Assembly: GCA_900550925.1 (NCBI GenBank)
Contig: URTU01000002.1
Coordinates: forward strand, 8,772-72,771
DNA: 64,000 nt
Direction of reading: 5' to 3'
From: an uncultured Alistipes sp.
GTDB taxonomy: Bacteria > Bacteroidota > Bacteroidia > Bacteroidales > Rikenellaceae
Positions 60,656 to 64,000 of this stretch are shown piece by piece (position 1 is the first letter of the stretch; each line of letters begins with the position of its first letter). The position numbers were made by a program, and so were the translations under genes. The notes under the pieces were generated by a model that was not told where the DNA came from, ran no database searches, and saw only the letters and a program-made list of their open reading frames with translations.

Positions 60656-63600
60656 TTAAAAATGATATTGATATTGTTCGATGATGCCGTTCCGATCCCG
60701 TTTCTCTATGAGGCGCCCGAAAGCATCATAATCAAAATAAAAATCATTGCCCGAAAAATCGGTCATACGTGTCAGGCCTACATGCGGTTTATAATCATAC
60801 AGTGTAACCGTAGCCGGCAATGAGCGCAATGTATTGCGCAAAGCATCAGACAGCCCCAAATTCAGCGGAGTCTCCATAGAACCTGTAACAGCCTCCATCT
60901 CCGTAAGCGTAATATCGAACAACTTTGCCAGCGGATAACGGCCGCGATATCCCCAGACATAACACGTCGACACACCGCTCCGGTCGGTTGTTTGGCGAAC
61001 ATTGCCCTCATGATCGTATGCATCATACTCAACAAATGTTGCATATGTAACATCTGTCGCGAAGATATCCTCCGACGACACCGTCACAGGTACTGTAATC
61101 TCGGCTGTTTCTGTACGGCTCGGCAACAACAGATTGCCACCTGCATACATGGCATAATCATATCGCAATGCCGAAACAAGTTGTTCGGCTCCACCGTTAC
61201 GCTGTAACGTATTCACAACATGAGACGGATACGACAAAAGATGTCTCACCACCACCGGATCCGAGTCGGAGACTCCTTCATAAAGATACCTGACATAACG
61301 CCGCGCAACCGTTCCCTCCGAATCGACAAAGGACATACAGCCGACCTGTCCTTTGGCATTGTATGTTATATGCTCCGAAGTCGACAGTTCTTGTCCCTCG
61401 CCATACATTGTAACAATCTTATCCGTCAGACGATTGTCCCCCGTATAAATCTTACCGGAACAGTAATTGTAACCGGCCGGTATGGTAAAGGCAACATAAT
61501 CAACCGCAGCCGCCTGATTATGATCTTCATATACGAACTCCTCTCTTTGGACTATATTATTCTGACTGTCAAAATATGTTTTCGACAGCAGTCTGCCACG
61601 ACGGTAATGTCTCGAATTGGGCTTTCGCTGAATATTATTTATATAAGACGTATCACATATAGGGTTATCCATCGGAACCGATATGGCTACATGGCACTGT
61701 CCCTCATAATTATCCGGATCGGTTTGGTAACAACTGAAATCATATTGAATACTTGAACCGTCAGAGCGCAATTCGGTAACGCGGCTATACTCAAGATGGG
61801 TCCTGTCAAAGGTGTTGACCGTACTTTGTATAAGCGGAATCTTCGTGCTAAGGCTGCCCTCTCTATACGCATAGAATCGCGGAAAATGGAGCATGATACC
61901 GGATGAATGCCCATCCTTGACATACCTGTATTCCCTCACTACCGTGCCATTATCGGCATCATGATCTGTAATCCGTTTAATTCTGACTCCGCCACATTCA
62001 TTACTGTCGGGATACAACGTTGAATAATGGTCCAACCGGGCCAGGAACGGAGCTTCATAGTGCATTGTATCCTGACCTGTGGGAGGTTCAATAGGTTCCG
62101 GTTCCAAGAATGAATTATTCGATCGCCGTTTCAGGACGGCTAAATAAGCCGTATTGCCTTCATACTCAAAATCCGTAAAACCTTTGGTCGGATATTCTAT
62201 CCGCTTCAAGCATCCTGTCACCCCATATTCAAATCGCGGATCATTCTGGTCGTTTACAATTACCTCATCCATAGTGACAGAATTCTCTATCGCCGTAGCG
62301 CCCGTCCAACCGACAGTACCATTATAATAGTTCCAGAAATCCACTTGTGTCGTCAGAATATCCGGATACGCATGGTTTTCATAATAATGCATTTTGTATG
62401 TTCCCTCACCCGAAAGTGCCAGACTGTCCATTATGGTACGGTTGTTCTTTGTACGGTAGTAAAAATCACATGCCCGCAACAGTTGTGTCGTATCCATGGC
62501 ATTCTTTACCGTAATCCTATCGAGCTTCAGCAACGTCTGAACGGTGTTGGCATACATCGATCGATGATCGGTCGGATCAGAAGAGGTTGTAAAAACCTCG
62601 CGGGCGGCTTTCGGAGAGTATTCAAACGAGACTCTTACCCCGTCCTCAACCTCGATACTTGACAAGTAAGTAGTTGCAACAATATGTGCGTACTTGGAGA
62701 TATATCTCATTCCACCATATGCATCTTCTCCAACCATATTATCCCCATCCGAAAAAGAGACTGCATATATATTATTTTTGTCAGGACCAGAGATTGATTG
62801 TTGATGATACCGGTTAGACGTATCCAGATATTCCAACGTTATCTTACGGCCGTTAGGAGCCTTAACCTCTGCCAAATACCAGCTGACAATCGGACTCTCG
62901 CTTAAAGGCGAACACATGAACAGCCCAGACGCCAAGGAATAATTCCCTTTTATGCTGTATTCCAGATATGGGCTATAACTATTCGGATGCGCCTCCTTAG
63001 TACCGAACAAGTATTCATAACCATCATCGGTAGTTATAACGATATAGCTGGCATCCAACGATCCACTCAGATGCAAGTCGATGGAATACGTATCATTATT
63101 ACCACCTGTATTAAATACCTGAATATTACGGTGACCATCGAGCATAAACGATCCGGAGTGCCCCATAAAGTTGAAATGAAAGACATCTGGCTCCGTTTCC
63201 GTATTGTTAACTGTATAATGAAAGTCGTCAAGCAACTCTCCTCCAACTTCCATATCAAGCAACCGATTATCATCATAAGACACGTTCCCCAGCATAAATC
63301 CATAACGCGAGGCGCCCGTACTCATCACATCGTCTGGCAAACCGTTTATTTCACGCGTAATAACGCCGCCACAATTCAGAAACCAGTTCAATCCCAGGAT
63401 ACCGGTCTGTCGACTAGGCACCAAGCCATTGGATGCATAACCTATTCCTACCGACAAATCGAAATCACGGTCTGAATATAAATATATCGGAATATCGACA
63501 CGTGCCGTGCCGGTATATAGGTCTACGGGAGTATTCCCATATTTTACGAATTCCCATGTTTGAGGAGCTGGATTGTATCCCGACATGGGATCAGTTGGTT

Positions 63601-63691
63601 CATTGTCGTAGGGGGACCACGACTGTTGTGCATAAACAGTAGAGCATACCGTCGCACATAAACATAACATCAAAAAAAATCGCTTCTCCAT
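60656..63691 (-). CDS. Secreted YD-repeat protein with SpvB/TcB-like N-terminus, paralogue of 40825-43899
   Basis: MEKRFF signal peptide; LYTGTARVDIPI...GILGLNWFLNCGGVITRE; terminal YDAFGRL repeats. Confidence 0.8.
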   Translation of the reverse strand: MEKRFFLMLCLCATVCSTVYAQQSWSPYDNEPTDPMSGYNPAPQTWEFVKYGNTPVDLYTGTARVDIPIYLYSDRDFDLSVGIGYASNGLVPSRQTGILGLNWFLNCGGVITREINGLPDDVMSTGASRYGFMLGNVSYDDNRLLDMEVGGELLDDFHYTVNNTETEPDVFHFNFMGHSGSFMLDGHRNIQVFNTGGNNDTYSIDLHLSGSLDASYIVITTDDGYEYLFGTKEAHPNSYSPYLEYSIKGNYSLASGLFMCSPLSESPIVSWYLAEVKAPNGRKITLEYLDTSNRYHQQSISGPDKNNIYAVSFSDGDNMVGEDAYGGMRYISKYAHIVATTYLSSIEVEDGVRVSFEYSPKAAREVFTTSSDPTDHRSMYANTVQTLLKLDRITVKNAMDTTQLLRACDFYYRTKNNRTIMDSLALSGEGTYKMHYYENHAYPDILTTQVDFWNYYNGTVGWTGATAIENSVTMDEVIVNDQNDPRFEYGVTGCLKRIEYPTKGFTDFEYEGNTAYLAVLKRRSNNSFLEPEPIEPPTGQDTMHYEAPFLARLDHYSTLYPDSNECGGVRIKRITDHDADNGTVVREYRYVKDGHSSGIMLHFPRFYAYREGSLSTKIPLIQSTVNTFDRTHLEYSRVTELRSDGSSIQYDFSCYQTDPDNYEGQCHVAISVPMDNPICDTSYINNIQRKPNSRHYRRGRLLSKTYFDSQNNIVQREEFVYEDHNQAAAVDYVAFTIPAGYNYCSGKIYTGDNRLTDKIVTMYGEGQELSTSEHITYNAKGQVGCMSFVDSEGTVARRYVRYLYEGVSDSDPVVVRHLLSYPSHVVNTLQRNGGAEQLVSALRYDYAMYAGGNLLLPSRTETAEITVPVTVSSEDIFATDVTYATFVEYDAYDHEGNVRQTTDRSGVSTCYVWGYRGRYPLAKLFDITLTEMEAVTGSMETPLNLGLSDALRNTLRSLPATVTLYDYKPHVGLTRMTDFSGNDFYFDYDAFGRLIEKRDRNGIIEQYQYHF

Positions 63692-63966
63692 AGTATTTAG
63701 GTTTAGTATGTTTTGGGGGTAGTATTTACTCGGCAAACAATCCGATATTATATGTCAAAGCATTTCTTCAGATTCGGCCCGTCACGCATCCACTAATATG
63801 AAGCGCACACAATCTGAAGCGCCGAAGAGAGAATTAGAGCCACAAACTGTAACCCGGTTTTAAAGTCCAAGCAAGGCTATAAGCAACTTCTAAACCCAAT
63901 CATGGCCTCATGCGGCCAATCGCAACAATCCGTTCAAGTGTAGTTAGTTCGGTTATTAGTTGTTAA

Positions 63967-63974
63967 CAAAGATA
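63967..63974 (-). promoter_or_regulatory. Candidate -7 promoter element for the YD/RHS operon
   Basis: TATCTTTG on minus strand about 275 nt upstream of ATG 63691. Confidence 0.4.
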
Positions 63975-64000
63975 GGATATAACGAGCGGCAATATTGTAA

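Larger units (their letters stand above)
35103..64000 (-). other. Accessory AT-richer region beside tRNA-Leu carrying RHS toxin modules and a T2SS-like cluster
   Basis: Composition shift visible by eye; all genes co-oriented; no integrase or att duplicate seen in window. Confidence 0.6.

Noticed and set aside
63672..63679. A8 tracts in signal-peptide regions (also near 54673)
   Set aside because: Short and explained by Phe codons; no evidence of phase variation
35858..63691. T6SS or T9SS as the export route for the RHS proteins
   Set aside because: Signal peptides are present, there is no PAAR/VgrG/Hcp, and the C-termini are toxins or YD repeats rather than T9SS sorting domains; genes outside the window cannot be assessed

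Overview
Bacteroidota chromosome segment. TAnnTTTG promoters and the gene content point to a high-GC Bacteroidales lineage, probably Rikenellaceae-like (inference). Positions 1-35 kb are core genome: EF-G2, xseAB, prfA, a small glycoside-hydrolase operon, rnhB, pth, rplY, rdgB, a dcw cluster (rsmH-ftsL-ftsI-murE-mraY-murD-ftsW-murG-murC-ftsQ-ftsA-ftsZ, followed by gldE-like and PPTase genes), a glycine-lipid-type acyltransferase pair and tRNA-Leu(GAG). From about 35.1 kb to the window end the sequence is visibly more AT-rich and coded entirely on the minus strand. This part holds a complete T2SS/type-IV-filament-like cluster (pilins, prepilin peptidase, ATPase, secretin, platform protein; no PilT) between two paralogous two-gene YD/RHS modules. 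Each module is a ~1010-1025 aa signal-peptide YD protein with an SpvB/TcB-like N-terminus and no toxin, followed by a ~1430 aa signal-peptide DUF6443-like RHS protein. One RHS protein ends in an AHH nuclease with an Imm11-like immunity gene; the other ends in a metzincin peptidase and is followed by a membrane-anchored candidate immunity gene and an orphan toxin-tail/lipoprotein pair. Best candidate for a novel system: Sec-exported, bipartite (TcB/TcC-like) RHS polymorphic toxins delivered by a dedicated, co-transcribed T2SS-like machine. No T6SS, PAAR, VgrG, TcA or T9SS signals are visible in the window.
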